A DNA stretch of 63,791 nucleotides, filler included, from Corallochytrium limacisporum Hawaii (Eukaryota > Protista > Pluriformea), in the NCBI GenBank assembly GCA_002811645.1. It is 4 parts of 4 records of this genome, joined end to end, with 100 filler letters (N's around TTAATTAATTAA, not from the genome) between each part and the next. Parts side by side here need not be neighbours in the genome. Positions count along the whole stretch, not along the records: positions 1 to 18,316 come from PDIP01000065.1; 3 more parts are not named here. One strand, written 5' to 3'. The notes below the pieces were generated by a model that saw nothing but the letters and a program-made list of their open reading frames with translations, did not search any database and was not told the origin of the DNA. The position numbers and the translations under genes are program-made. This document shows, in pieces, positions 1-10,576 of the stretch; the first letter of the stretch is position 1; the number at the start of each line of letters is the position of its first letter.

Positions 1-432
1 GGGGGGGATGGGCGCGAGACGCGGAGTGTATTGGGATTTGCAGCGGCGGCGGATGGGGGAGGGGGGCCGCATTTACGTCGCACCGTGCGTGGTGGTGGTG
101 GTGGCACAAGGCTTTTTCACGGGCGGCGGGCCAGTGGTTCTAGGGGTCGGGAGTGACACAGCTGGGAAGCAGCATAAAGGGGGATCAATGCAAAGGGATG
201 GTTTGCGGTAGACTGGTCCTATCGTCATTTTTGAGAATGCTTTGGTTTGGTGGATAAATGTTTGGTTCGTATTTCAAAGAAATAAGAATAGAAAAATGCA
301 ATGATATTGCTACACCTCAGGCCCGTGCGTTGCACCGTCGCATCAAGATTCCGTCCAGCCGAGAGCGTGACAGACATAATGGGATATCAGCCATGAAACG
401 TTGATTGAAAGCCATACGTAGTACTAGTCAGA

Positions 433-933
433 ATGGTGCGTGTAAAGTACCGCTATGTTGTTGTACACTGGGACCTGCTACTTTCGGACGAAGCCGAGAC
501 GCACAAAGTCAAGGGTAAGGGCGGTAGCGGAAAAGCGGACCTCGTTGATGCTAAGGAATTGCGAACCATCCTGAGGTCCGCGGTGCAGGAGTTCCATGGA
601 GATTTCGGATCTGCGACGATTGCGAGCAGTCTAGCGTTGAAATACACAAATTCTTCGACCTCAACTTGCATCATCCGGATTCTGCGCGATGTGACAGAGG
701 TACTGATCAGCGTTGTTCCGCTCATCACGAAACTCAAGGGCCGCCCCGCACGCCTGACAGTAGGATACGTCGGGGGCACGATACGAGCATGTCAGAAACA
801 CATTGTACGACGGACACGGGCAGACATTCAGCGATTGATGCGGCTACCCTCCACGACTGATGCCGACCGGGAGGCATTGGCTCAGGTTTTGGCGACGGTT
901 CCCGTTGAGGTTCACAAAGTAAAGGCATGGTAA
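433..933 (+). CDS. POP5: RNase P/MRP protein subunit Pop5 (Rpp14/Pop5 family)
   Basis: N-terminal MVRVKYRYVVV, central 'VQEFHGDFG' and C-terminal 'VGGTIRACQK' match the Pop5 signature; 166 aa. Confidence 0.9.
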   Translation: MVRVKYRYVVVHWDLLLSDEAETHKVKGKGGSGKADLVDAKELRTILRSAVQEFHGDFGSATIASSLALKYTNSSTSTCIIRILRDVTEVLISVVPLITKLKGRPARLTVGYVGGTIRACQKHIVRRTRADIQRLMRLPSTTDADREALAQVLATVPVEVHKVKAW

Positions 934-1038
934 GTTAAAATTTCTTCATGTTAAAGAATCCATAATACAAAAGCACACTCCTTCAAAACTAATAACGTTC
1001 TACTGTTACTGCTGTGTGTACATTGGTCTCTTGGTACC

Positions 1039-2658
1039 TCAAATAATTGCTGCATCTGCAAACTTACGACGTTGCGCCGGCTCAAAGTAGTTCACAACGG
1101 CACCACGTTCCGTGTCCATGCCCGTGACGAGCGCGTCTCCTTTCCCGAGCCACGCAATGCCCGCAATATGTACATCGATGCCTTCCGGACAGACACGGAT
1201 GATTTGCTCTTCGCTGTACGTGCGTGCGTCTAGAAGGTGGATGTAGGTCGTGTGCTCGCTAAAGGCCAACAGGTCCATCGCAGATCCCTTTGGCGAGTAT
1301 TTGACACTTCGTACCGCTCCCTTCACGCCCGGAAACTGTTTCGATGCCAGATTTACCATCGGTTTGTCAAGTTTGCGCACATCAAAGACCGTCAGGTGAC
1401 CGTCCTGGCCCGCAATCGCGATATGCACACCTGTGTTGTCCCAGCAGCAACTGAAGCCCGTGTCCTGGCAGGCAGTGAACTCCATGGTCTGGCTGAACTG
1501 CAGTGACCCTCCCAGGGTGCCACCGCTGCCATTCAGGGCGCCGTTGCCGGAGACATTGTTGCGCACGTCGAAGAGTACGGCACTTTTATCATCCCCAACT
1601 GTGACCATGCTCCGGCCATCCGGTGACATGGCGGCGTAGTTGACAGGACAAGGAAGGTGCACGCTGGTCAGATGTTCATTGGATGGCAGACCCACGACTT
1701 TGACGGTGCGATCGTTGTTACTCACAAGGATAAATGCGGGCAGTGATTCACTTGGAGACATTTCGTGCGACGAGTCGTGGACGGCTTCATGCTGGTCCCC
1801 TTCAAGCGTGGTGTTGCTGTTGTTGTTGTCATCGTCATCATCGTCATCATCGTCCACCTCCTCAGCGGGCTGCGCCGCGTGGAGCCGACGCAGTCTGCGT
1901 GGCGCGTCCACACTGCCAAGCGGCGCGCCCAAGACATCTTCGTTGTTGCCCTCAATCACTCCAGCTCCGCTTGTCCGCTCATAGACCCCAGACTCCCCAT
2001 ACCTCAGTCTCATGGCCGGAATTGGATCCCCAGACGGTCCAAGAATTGGTGGCGGAGGTTGGACAATAGGGCGCTGTCGGTGGCTGAAGCTAAACCCAGA
2101 TTGGCCACGGCCACTCCTCCGCCGTTGAACGGTAGCCCGGGTGTAGGGACGTTCAGTGCCTGCCGCACTGCTGCCACTGCTGCCACCGCCTGAACTGCCA
2201 CTGCTATGGGAACGTGACCCAAAGCGCGGACTGACGTAGTGCTCCGTGTTGATGGTTCCCCCGTAAGGCGCAATATGAATTGAATTATTGATGGACCCGC
2301 CCACGGTTACGTCCTCAGCGTTGCCAGTGACCATATTGTGTACCCGGAGCTGCGCCTCCTGACCTCCCGCAATCACGTAGCCAAGGCCTGCTGTTATGCT
2401 GGTCGGTTGGAACATGAGGTCGCCCATTATCTGCCGCTGCCTACCCCCCGGAGACAGTGGATATTCATTGACTGCATAGTTTGCGGTGTAATAAAATCCG
2501 TCTCCCTTGGCGTTGGAGTGGACAAGATCCCGGAGCTGCCAGTGCAGAATGACTGGCCTGGCCTCACTGCATGTCTGTGACTGGCCGGTCGTGAAGACTG
2601 CATCGTTGCGAAGAGAGATTGTCATGCCGATATCTGTGGCCGTCCTGTCCTCAAACAT
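1039..2658 (-). CDS. WD40-repeat protein of the DUF2415 family (S. pombe C2A9.03-like) with a long low-complexity insertion
   Basis: N-terminal HWQLRDLV motif; 'SNNDRTVK', 'VNYAAMSPDG', 'GFSCCWD', 'GAVRSVKYSP..MDLLAFSEH' are typical of this family; Ser/Gly/Asp-rich insertion at about aa 140-305. Confidence 0.75.
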   Translation of the reverse strand: MFEDRTATDIGMTISLRNDAVFTTGQSQTCSEARPVILHWQLRDLVHSNAKGDGFYYTANYAVNEYPLSPGGRQRQIMGDLMFQPTSITAGLGYVIAGGQEAQLRVHNMVTGNAEDVTVGGSINNSIHIAPYGGTINTEHYVSPRFGSRSHSSGSSGGGSSGSSAAGTERPYTRATVQRRRSGRGQSGFSFSHRQRPIVQPPPPILGPSGDPIPAMRLRYGESGVYERTSGAGVIEGNNEDVLGAPLGSVDAPRRLRRLHAAQPAEEVDDDDDDDDDNNNSNTTLEGDQHEAVHDSSHEMSPSESLPAFILVSNNDRTVKVVGLPSNEHLTSVHLPCPVNYAAMSPDGRSMVTVGDDKSAVLFDVRNNVSGNGALNGSGGTLGGSLQFSQTMEFTACQDTGFSCCWDNTGVHIAIAGQDGHLTVFDVRKLDKPMVNLASKQFPGVKGAVRSVKYSPKGSAMDLLAFSEHTTYIHLLDARTYSEEQIIRVCPEGIDVHIAGIAWLGKGDALVTGMDTERGAVVNYFEPAQRRKFADAAII

Positions 2659-5600
2659 GAGACTCGCTCACTTCACGGTCGGAGGATAAACAGCAACCGT
2701 TTAATTGATTTACAGTTTTGCGATTTCTTCCAAGCCTGCCGGCATATTACTCACATAGTTGTAGGCGTTGTGTCTATAGCCGGTTGTCCTTGCGATGACT
2801 GTTTCACAAAGTGCTTTTCGTGTATCAACTATGCACTCTGCAAGCAAGGATACGCTCCTGGTCACCCTCCACCTTGAAATAGTCATGACTAGTGCTAACA
2901 CCCATACTGCTGGAACACACTGCCAGGAGATTCACCAAGAATTAGCCAAAAAGAAAGAGAAGGCAATGGAAGATAAGATATGAAACCAAGGAACTGCATG
3001 TGCAACTTTGCACCAAACGCACATCCATTCTTGGCCGCAAAACGGTGAAACCTGAACGTTGCGCGACACACCCACACCGGCGAGGAACACAGAGAAAAGT
3101 TCCCCTCTGGCGCATAACTTTGCAACGGACACGCTCGCGGAGGGTGGAAGGGCCCTCCTCCCTCCTGCCCATCTTTTCCTCTCTTTGCCTTAGTTATCAC
3201 CCGACGAACCAAAGGAAATAATTGCAAGAGAGAGAGAGAGGGAGCGAGAGACCCGGGGGGAGGGGGGGGTTCGCGGGCAGATTCAGGAAATTAAAGAAAA
3301 AATAAAAGAAAGGAAAATACTCCGCCTCTCACTTTGCACCGATTGCCCTCAGTTCCCCTCCCCTCCCCCCCGGTCCCACCTTTTTCTTTGGTTTTCTTTT
3401 TTACCTTAAGCGATCGATGGCACCCACCGTCGTAAGGGGGAGGGGGCTGGCCACGGGCAGGCGAAAGAACCCGCTGCTGCCGGGTTTCCCATTCGCCGGG
3501 ATCTCTCCCGCAAAAAAAAAAATAAATACAGCCGAGCAGCAGCAGCAGGAAAAGAAACAAAAAAAAATTAAAGATAGCAAGCAATGTCGAAACCACTGCA
3601 TTTTGCCGCCCCCTTCCCCGCCTCCCTCTCCCCCCGGGGAGGGGTGGGTTGGTTGGTTGGTTGGTTGGGAGGAGGAGGGAAGGAGCTCTGCGACGACCGG
3701 TTCTCCCGCCGCCTCTCTCACTTTTCTGTCGCTCTGGTGGTGTGTGTGTGGGGAGGGGAGAGAGGGAGAGAGAGAAAATTCTGGAATGGCAGTTTCTAGA
3801 ATACCACACCGCACCACCACCCTCGAGAAGCAGACGGAATTTTGTTAAAAACATAAATGACCACGCTAGAAATTGGCGAAGGAGGAATTCCATAAAAATT
3901 GAGAAAGAGAAGAATCACAGAACAATGCCGCCAGAGAGAGAGAGAGAGAGGGACACAACGAAATCGTTTCACGGCAGGACAAAATCTCGCAACGGCCTTC
4001 CCCCCTGCAAGTCCCTACTTCCTCGCTCGGTCTTTGCACGCACTCACTCACACACACTCTCTCTCACTCTGCGGTAACCCTTCCCCCTTTTCTGTGCCGT
4101 GGTGGCCCACCACCACCACAGCGCCCGAAGAGAACTCTAACAAAGCTCCCTTTTCCTGGGCACCAACAGAGAGAGAGAGGGAGAGAGCGAGAGAGTGAGT
4201 GTGTGAGAGGTGCGTGCCGTCCGCATTTGTTCCGGACCCCCCGCCACCCCCGATTTGACCTCGATTAGGGTCCAAAGGGGCCCCCGTTTGGCCCCGAACC
4301 AAGGGCCCCCCCTCTGCCTTCCTTCCTCTCTCCTTTCCCCCCCTCCTCTGTCCCCAGGGGCGACTCTTGCTTCTTCTGCACTCTGCGGCAAATGAGCCAT
4401 AAACCCAAAATAAAAAATCAAAAAAAGGAAAAATCAAAGAAATCCCCCGGAAGGGGGGGAGGGGGGCGGTGGTGGTGCTTTCATCCCCCGTACCCCACCG
4501 GCACTGGGTGAGCAGCAAGAAAAGGTATTGTACTCGAATCATCTTCTACACAACCCTGCTACGAGGATAAGGGAGGGGGGGGGCCAAAGTTGGGGGTTTC
4601 CTGGCATGCATGCATTCCTTAGCTTCACCTGGCCCAAAAAAACACACTTCCAATCGCGGTGCAGGTCCCTACCGTGCAAAGGTTTCGGGGTAGTACACAA
4701 AACACAGAGAGAGTGTGACTGTGTGTGTGTGTGTAACAAAGAGCATAAAACCCCCAAAAGCGCCCAAAGTGTCCACCGCCCCGCTCTTTTCTGCAAACAA
4801 AAGGAAAATATGAAAAGACAAAAAGAAAAAAAAGGCAAAAAGTAAAAGGCGATGAGAGCGCGATGTCGCAGCAACCTAGCCTCCCCGGCGGTTCTTAATT
4901 CCTAGCGGTCCCGGCCGGGACGGTCCGTTCATTTCACCGCTCTCCCGCATTTCTCCCGGGTCGACGAGAGAGTGGGCCCCCCCACAACCCCCCCTCCTCC
5001 TCCTTCCAACTCTCCCTTTTACTGCTAATTTTATATACTTATGGTCGACGTCTTTGAAACTGTTTAAACGAGTGCTCGGACCCACAAGGGCGTGTGTGTG
5101 AATGTGAGTGTGTGTGTCTGTGCATAGTGGATGTGTACGACCCCATTCGCGAACGTGTGCTGCCCAATTTCCCTCTTTTATTTCTTCTTCTTCTTTGACG
5201 GGTCTCTCCTGCTCAGGTCGTGCGGGTGTGAGGTAGTGAAAGTACTGGAAACGTCGACTAAAGGGGCCGTGTGACAGGGCCGGACCGTCTCGGGGAGATG
5301 CAAAGGAGAGGGGGGAGGGGGAGGGGAGGCGTCAGTGGGACGGGTCGGTCACACGGCACGCGCGTACACACTCTCTTACCCGGCACCGCGACGGGCACGC
5401 AACAGTCGGGAGAAGACCTGGCCCCACTTTTCTCAGTTGAATTGTGTCGTTTGTTAATAATGTATATGTGCACTTATGTAAAGGTATTATAGAATGGTTT
5501 CATGAATTGACAATGTGTCGGAATGGTACCTGTGGCCAGTGCATTTTGTTTGGGTGAATGATCAGCGCCGGACGAAACAACAGAGTCTCGGGTGAGGTTC

Positions 5601-5711
5601 TGTCGTATAGGCATAGTCTTTGTGATTTTTAAACGAGTTATTGCCCAACAGTTTTTATTTTGGTGTGAACGTGGAATAGATACGGAAACCAGCAATATAT
5701 ACAGATAAACG

Positions 5712-6911
5712 ATGACATCATTACTAGCAAGACAGAGCGCTTCGGGCCTTGCTCGTGTAGCTGTTGAGCCGTCGACATTGGTGTCCCAGTCCACACAGTC
5801 TCTGGGAGGATGGCTTGGTCGACGATGGCGCTCAGCACAGGCTGATTCCACGGTAGACGATGCTGCTGCTGCCAAGGAAGCCAGCATCGCAGCCCGCAGA
5901 AAGAAAATGAGTGAGGGACCGGATCTGACTTCCTTTATCCGCCAGTCGCTATCCAAGGAAGAGTATGCTCGCAAGAAGCGAGAAAAACGGGCACAGAATC
6001 GTCTTCCCCCGTGGTTGAAGACCAACATTGCTATGGGTGCTGATTACCACAACATTAAGACCCAGGTTGAGGGTCTAGGATTGGCTACTGTGTGCCAGGA
6101 AGCCCGCTGTCCCAATATTGGTGAGTGCTGGGCTGGCGGTCCGGACAAGGTCGCCACTGCCACAATCATGGTCATGGGTGACACCTGCACTCGCGCCTGC
6201 CGGTTCTGCAGCATCAAGACCAGCAACACTCCTCCTCCCCTGGACGTGGACGAACCGATCAAAACAGCCGATGCAGTGAGCAAGTGGGGAGTGGAATACG
6301 TAGTGCTGACTTCGGTAGATCGGGATGATCTGCCGGACGGTGGTGCATCGCATTTTGCGGAAGTGGTAAAGCAGTTGAAGGCAAAGACGGATGGTAAGGT
6401 CCTGGTTGAGACTCTGACACCAGACTTCCAGGGTGATTTGGATGGCGGCGTGCGATTGATTGTGGAGGCCGGCGTGGATGTCTACGCGCACAATTTGGAG
6501 ACAGTGGAGGCCTTACAGCGCAAGGTCCGTGATCGGCGGGCAAATTATGCACAGTCTATGAGTGTACTGGCTGGTGCAAAGAAGTTCCGGCCCGACGGTG
6601 CTCTGGTAACGAAGACGTCCCTGATGTTGGGCTGTGGTGAGACAGACGACCAGATCATGCGGACAATGGAGGACCTTCGAAAGATTGATGTGGATGCCGT
6701 CACCTTTGGACAGTACATGCAACCGACTAAGCGCCACATGCCGGTAACAGAATACGTGAAGCCTGAGAAGTTTGACTACTTGCGCGAGGTCGGCGAAAGC
6801 ATGGGGTTCAAGTACGTCGCATCCGGGCCACTGGTGCGATCGAGTTACAAGGCGGGTGAGTTCTACATGGCCAACATTGTACGGGCCCGCCAGGACCAAG
6901 CTACAATTTGA
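5712..6911 (+). CDS. LIAS: Mitochondrial lipoyl synthase (radical SAM)
   Basis: [12 protein letters not shown] (Cx4Cx5C) and CTRACRFC (Cx3Cx2C) cluster motifs; C-terminal [11 protein letters not shown]; Arg/Ser-rich N-terminal presequence. Confidence 0.97.
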   Translation: MTSLLARQSASGLARVAVEPSTLVSQSTQSLGGWLGRRWRSAQADSTVDDAAAAKEASIAARRKKMSEGPDLTSFIRQSLSKEEYARKKREKRAQNRLPPWLKTNIAMGADYHNIKTQVEGLGLATVCQEARCPNIGECWAGGPDKVATATIMVMGDTCTRACRFCSIKTSNTPPPLDVDEPIKTADAVSKWGVEYVVLTSVDRDDLPDGGASHFAEVVKQLKAKTDGKVLVETLTPDFQGDLDGGVRLIVEAGVDVYAHNLETVEALQRKVRDRRANYAQSMSVLAGAKKFRPDGALVTKTSLMLGCGETDDQIMRTMEDLRKIDVDAVTFGQYMQPTKRHMPVTEYVKPEKFDYLREVGESMGFKYVASGPLVRSSYKAGEFYMANIVRARQDQATI

Positions 6912-7089
6912 TCCCAATCATCTTCACATCATTTGAGTTTAGTTTTTAGCAACCACACAGAAGTAGCTCGCATAGGAGCGCTGTATTTCTGAAATGAGAT
7001 TGAAATATTAGAGTTTTATCCTATTATTTACATATCCATTTTACTCCTCTTAATCTCGTTTACTGAAGCGTGTGTTACATTGGTCCCCC

Positions 7090-9255
7090 TCAATCGACCT
7101 CGTCGACATCGGTAGCACCCTCACCGTCCTCATCATCATCATCGTCATGGACGCCGTCCACAGCATTGACACCAGCACCTCCACTGCCACTCTTCTTCTT
7201 CTTCTTCTTCTTCTTATTCTTCTTCTTCTTCTTGCTGCTACCCGATGAGCCTTCCGCTCCGTCAGCGCCGTTCTCCTTGCCTGCATCACCACCGGTCCCG
7301 ACGCCGGCGGAACCATCGCCACCATCGTCAACCGGATGAGCATCCTCAAAGCCGAGTTGCTTGGCCAGGAAGGAGCCCAATTCCACGTCATCCAAACCGT
7401 CCACTGGACACGTTGCCCGTGGAGGACCACCCATATTCAACAGAGCCAGTTGTTGCTGCAGACTGTTGGGTTCTTCGTCTTTGGATTTGTTGAGTTCGTC
7501 TGGTGCAATGAATGGTGGTGGCAGGGAATCGCGAGCCTGTCCGAGTCGCAAGGGCTGCTGCAGGAAGACTTTTTTTGTGTCCTCCAGCAGGGTGGGCATA
7601 AACGTGTTGAATTCATTGTGGGAACGAAGAATATCACGCACGTACGGGGACCCCTCTTTGGCGAGCGTATTGAGTCGCAGCATGTTCAGAATGACCAGGG
7701 TCAGGCCTCCCAGATCACCGCGGTTGCCCTCCTGCTTGTAAACTTGGATCAACCGCGACACCAGCTTGCCACGCGTCAGAAGTTTGTTCAAGCATCCCTC
7801 GTGACCTGCCTGCAGGATGACACGGAAGAGCCTGAAGAACCAGACCTGGTACATGCTATTGTGTCTGCGGTCAATCAGCACGTTCACCACGCTGCGCAGA
7901 AACCCATCACATGGCGACGTGGAAATCTGTGTCAGCAGAGGTTCCAGAGCCAGATCGCCGGTGTTTACTGCGTGAACCCGCAGCAGCAAGAACTTCATGA
8001 TGGCAATGCGCAGCATGCGAACGGGCTTGACTGTATAGCCCGGCATGGCCTGGGCAATGTTCTCCTCTGTCTTGGGGGTCATTTCCAGAAACTTAACACA
8101 CACAGCCTGCACCGCCGGTTCTGTCTGGTCATAGACGCGCTTGAAGAAGGACTTCGCCTTCGGATGGTCCATGCGGTCTGCCTCGAGGAATTCGAGCGCT
8201 AGATTGATGTACGACCCCAAGCACTCGACAATGTTTGTCAGATACCTTTCCTCGGTTTCCGTGCTTGCAGACTTCATCTCAGTGATGAGATACCGGATGA
8301 GGGTGACGTTCTCGAGGTCGACATCGAAGAGTAGAGCCAGCGGCGTCTCGATCCACCCTGCTCGGTACTGCTCAACGTTCTCCTGGTATAGGAACTCCCC
8401 ATTAACGCGTTGCACAGCTTCCAGAACGCACTGCTTGAGTTCAGAATCCCCGGATTCACTGGCTCTCTCCAGCGCATTCTGCAGTTTCTCAATGAAATTA
8501 CACCGCGCCAGCAGCGCGCAGAAGCGGTTCCTGTGGTCGCTAGATGATCCCGCTTTGTAGAGGGCGATGAAGGAATCGAAAACACTGGGTTCGTACAGAT
8601 ATGTTAACATGGGCTCCATGTACTTTGTACCCTTCTCCATGATGGTCTTGAGCAACTGTTGGCTGGACGTCTGTATCAAATGTTCCATAGCCTTACGGAA
8701 ATGCATAAATGATCCAGCCGAGTTCGGATTGAAAATCGCAAAGAACGCGTCTACAACGCCGCCAATGTGCGCATTCAGTACCTCTTCCAAGGGCTCGCCA
8801 GAACAGTTCAGAAGCATGACCGCCCGATAGCTCTTTTTCAGTGCCTCTAGTTCTTCATCGTTGCGTGCCTGTGGGCGCTGCCATGATGTTGGTTCGTCCC
8901 CAACGCGCGTAATGAATGATATGAGAATCTCACAGTTGCCCTCTTCCAGCAGGAAATGTAACATGTTTTCTGTGATTTTGGGGTTTTCAATGGTCAAGAG
9001 CCGATCCAACAGCTGCTTCGCGAGAGTGTCATCTTTTTCTTTTTCGCGGTCATGCAGCTGTTGCAGTAGTTTTTGTGCTTCCGGATCCGCCGATGTCTCG
9101 TCCGCTACGAGCTCCACGCGCTCTGGCCCAGAGTTAATACTAAGATTGTCTTCAAGATCGTGAAGGGTTTCCTCCAGATCGGCTACATTGTCTTCCACAG
9201 GATCGTCCCAGCCACCTGCTGCGACGACGTCCTTCGGAACCATTGGAGGATCCAT
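7090..9255 (-). CDS. Helical-repeat protein, probably SAPS/PP6 regulatory subunit-like, with acidic and poly-Lys tail
   Basis: Long ORF (first ATG at 9255; the ORF track opens at a GTG at 9264). The helical core with 'RMLRIAIMKFL...HNSMYQVWFFRLF...GGLTLVILNMLR' resembles the SAPS C-terminal region. Family call is tentative. Confidence 0.5.
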   Translation of the reverse strand: MDPPMVPKDVVAAGGWDDPVEDNVADLEETLHDLEDNLSINSGPERVELVADETSADPEAQKLLQQLHDREKEKDDTLAKQLLDRLLTIENPKITENMLHFLLEEGNCEILISFITRVGDEPTSWQRPQARNDEELEALKKSYRAVMLLNCSGEPLEEVLNAHIGGVVDAFFAIFNPNSAGSFMHFRKAMEHLIQTSSQQLLKTIMEKGTKYMEPMLTYLYEPSVFDSFIALYKAGSSSDHRNRFCALLARCNFIEKLQNALERASESGDSELKQCVLEAVQRVNGEFLYQENVEQYRAGWIETPLALLFDVDLENVTLIRYLITEMKSASTETEERYLTNIVECLGSYINLALEFLEADRMDHPKAKSFFKRVYDQTEPAVQAVCVKFLEMTPKTEENIAQAMPGYTVKPVRMLRIAIMKFLLLRVHAVNTGDLALEPLLTQISTSPCDGFLRSVVNVLIDRRHNSMYQVWFFRLFRVILQAGHEGCLNKLLTRGKLVSRLIQVYKQEGNRGDLGGLTLVILNMLRLNTLAKEGSPYVRDILRSHNEFNTFMPTLLEDTKKVFLQQPLRLGQARDSLPPPFIAPDELNKSKDEEPNSLQQQLALLNMGGPPRATCPVDGLDDVELGSFLAKQLGFEDAHPVDDGGDGSAGVGTGGDAGKENGADGAEGSSGSSKKKKKNKKKKKKKKSGSGGAGVNAVDGVHDDDDDEDGEGATDVDEVD
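7190..7232. repeat. (CTT)n microsatellite encoding a poly-Lys tract in the minus-strand gene
   Basis: Visible CTT trinucleotide run, translating to KKKKKNKKKKKKKK. Confidence 0.9.
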
Positions 9256-10006
9256 GGTCGGCACTGCCCTCTGCGTCTGTTTACCTACGAAGTTTTCTGT
9301 ACTCTAAACGATTCGCTACCGCAGGGAACTTCGCCCTGCACTTCCTCCGTTTTCCAAAGCTGTTTTTCTCAATTTCAAACCGGTGAGGTGGTGATGCCCT
9401 ATGGATCTATACAACAGAAAGCCTCAAGTACCCGAAACAAGAGGTCAGCAAGAACCACGCTGCGTAAACAAGCAAACGGCCCCTGGCCACCGCGCGTTTT
9501 TCATTCACATGGCCCCCCCTCCCCCGGGGGCGAGGGAGAGGGGGGGACCTAATCCTGGCCCTCAATACTCACCCTGCGACGGTGCGGACCAAATAGGTGG
9601 GGAGGAAAGGAAAGGGAAAAGCAGGGGTAAGGGGCGGAAGGGAGGAGGGAGGCAAGGGGGGGACAAAGGACCGCCTTGGTAGAGAGGAAAAAAAAAGGAA
9701 AGAATGGTGAGAGGAGGTGTTGCGGAGGAAGCGGATTAAATAGGCCCCTAATTCCTCAGCCCGGCCGGCCGGAAAACAGTGTCGCGGTGGTCGTGGTACC
9801 GTTGCGGAGGGAGAAGAGGGGAGGGNNNNNNNNNNNNNNNNNNNNNNNNNNNNNNNNNNNNNNNNNNNNNNNNNNNNNNNNNNNNNNNNNNNNNNNNNNN
9901 NNNNNNNNNNNNNNNNNNNNNNNNNNNNNNNNNNNNNNNNNNNNNNNNNNNNNNNNNNNNNNNNNNNNNNNNNNNNNNNNNNNNNNNNNNNNNNNNNNNN
10001 NNNNNN

Positions 10007-10018
10007 GCTCTTCCGATC
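10007..10018 (+). other. Illumina adapter remnant at a contig edge (artefact)
   Basis: GCTCTTCCGATC directly after the N gap matches the 3' end of the TruSeq adapter (...GCTCTTCCGATCT) and is followed by a G run. Confidence 0.75.
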
Positions 10019-10576
10019 GGGGGGGGGCCGGGGAGCACAAGACCAGGCAGACAGGGGTAGGGACGCGCTTGGAAACAGTGTGTTCTCAACCGCCCTCCCG
10101 ATATCCCGGGCAAAGGCGGTGATGGGGGGGGGCAGGAGGGGCGCGGCTGCAGAAGCGAATGTACCGGGCCAGCCATTGGGTCCCCCCTTGCCATCCTCCC
10201 CTCTCCGGGGCACCAAACTCTTGCTCGGGACCCCCCCCCTCTCTGGGGAGGGGTGTGTGTGTGAGAGGGAAGTCGGGACTGGCACCGCTAAGTCAAAACA
10301 GGGCAGGGACGAGGACCCGTCGGGGCGAGTGTGTGGTATCGCTTTCTGTTTTGGCTAGCGCGAAGGTATACCAGACTCATCAATGCAAACGAAATGGACA
10401 GATCGAAGGTTAAGGAAGCGTACTATGTGTGACTCCGGGAGCTCAAATATGAATGGCAGCGCAAACGGGAGAGACAGTTGTGGCGTGTCCGACGGGGCTA
10501 GATATGCCATGGTAAAGAAGTAGAGCCTTCATACTCGTTCATACTCATCAGTCAAAACTGTCCATAGTAGGAAACA

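Noticed and set aside
2895-5500. Many 60-200 aa ORFs between the WD40 and LIAS genes
   Set aside because: They translate GA/CA/poly-G/poly-A tracts, overlap in all frames and show no domain signal.
10007-10030. GCTCTTCCGATC plus a G run as a possible regulatory motif
   Set aside because: Matches the Illumina adapter end and sits at a contig edge.
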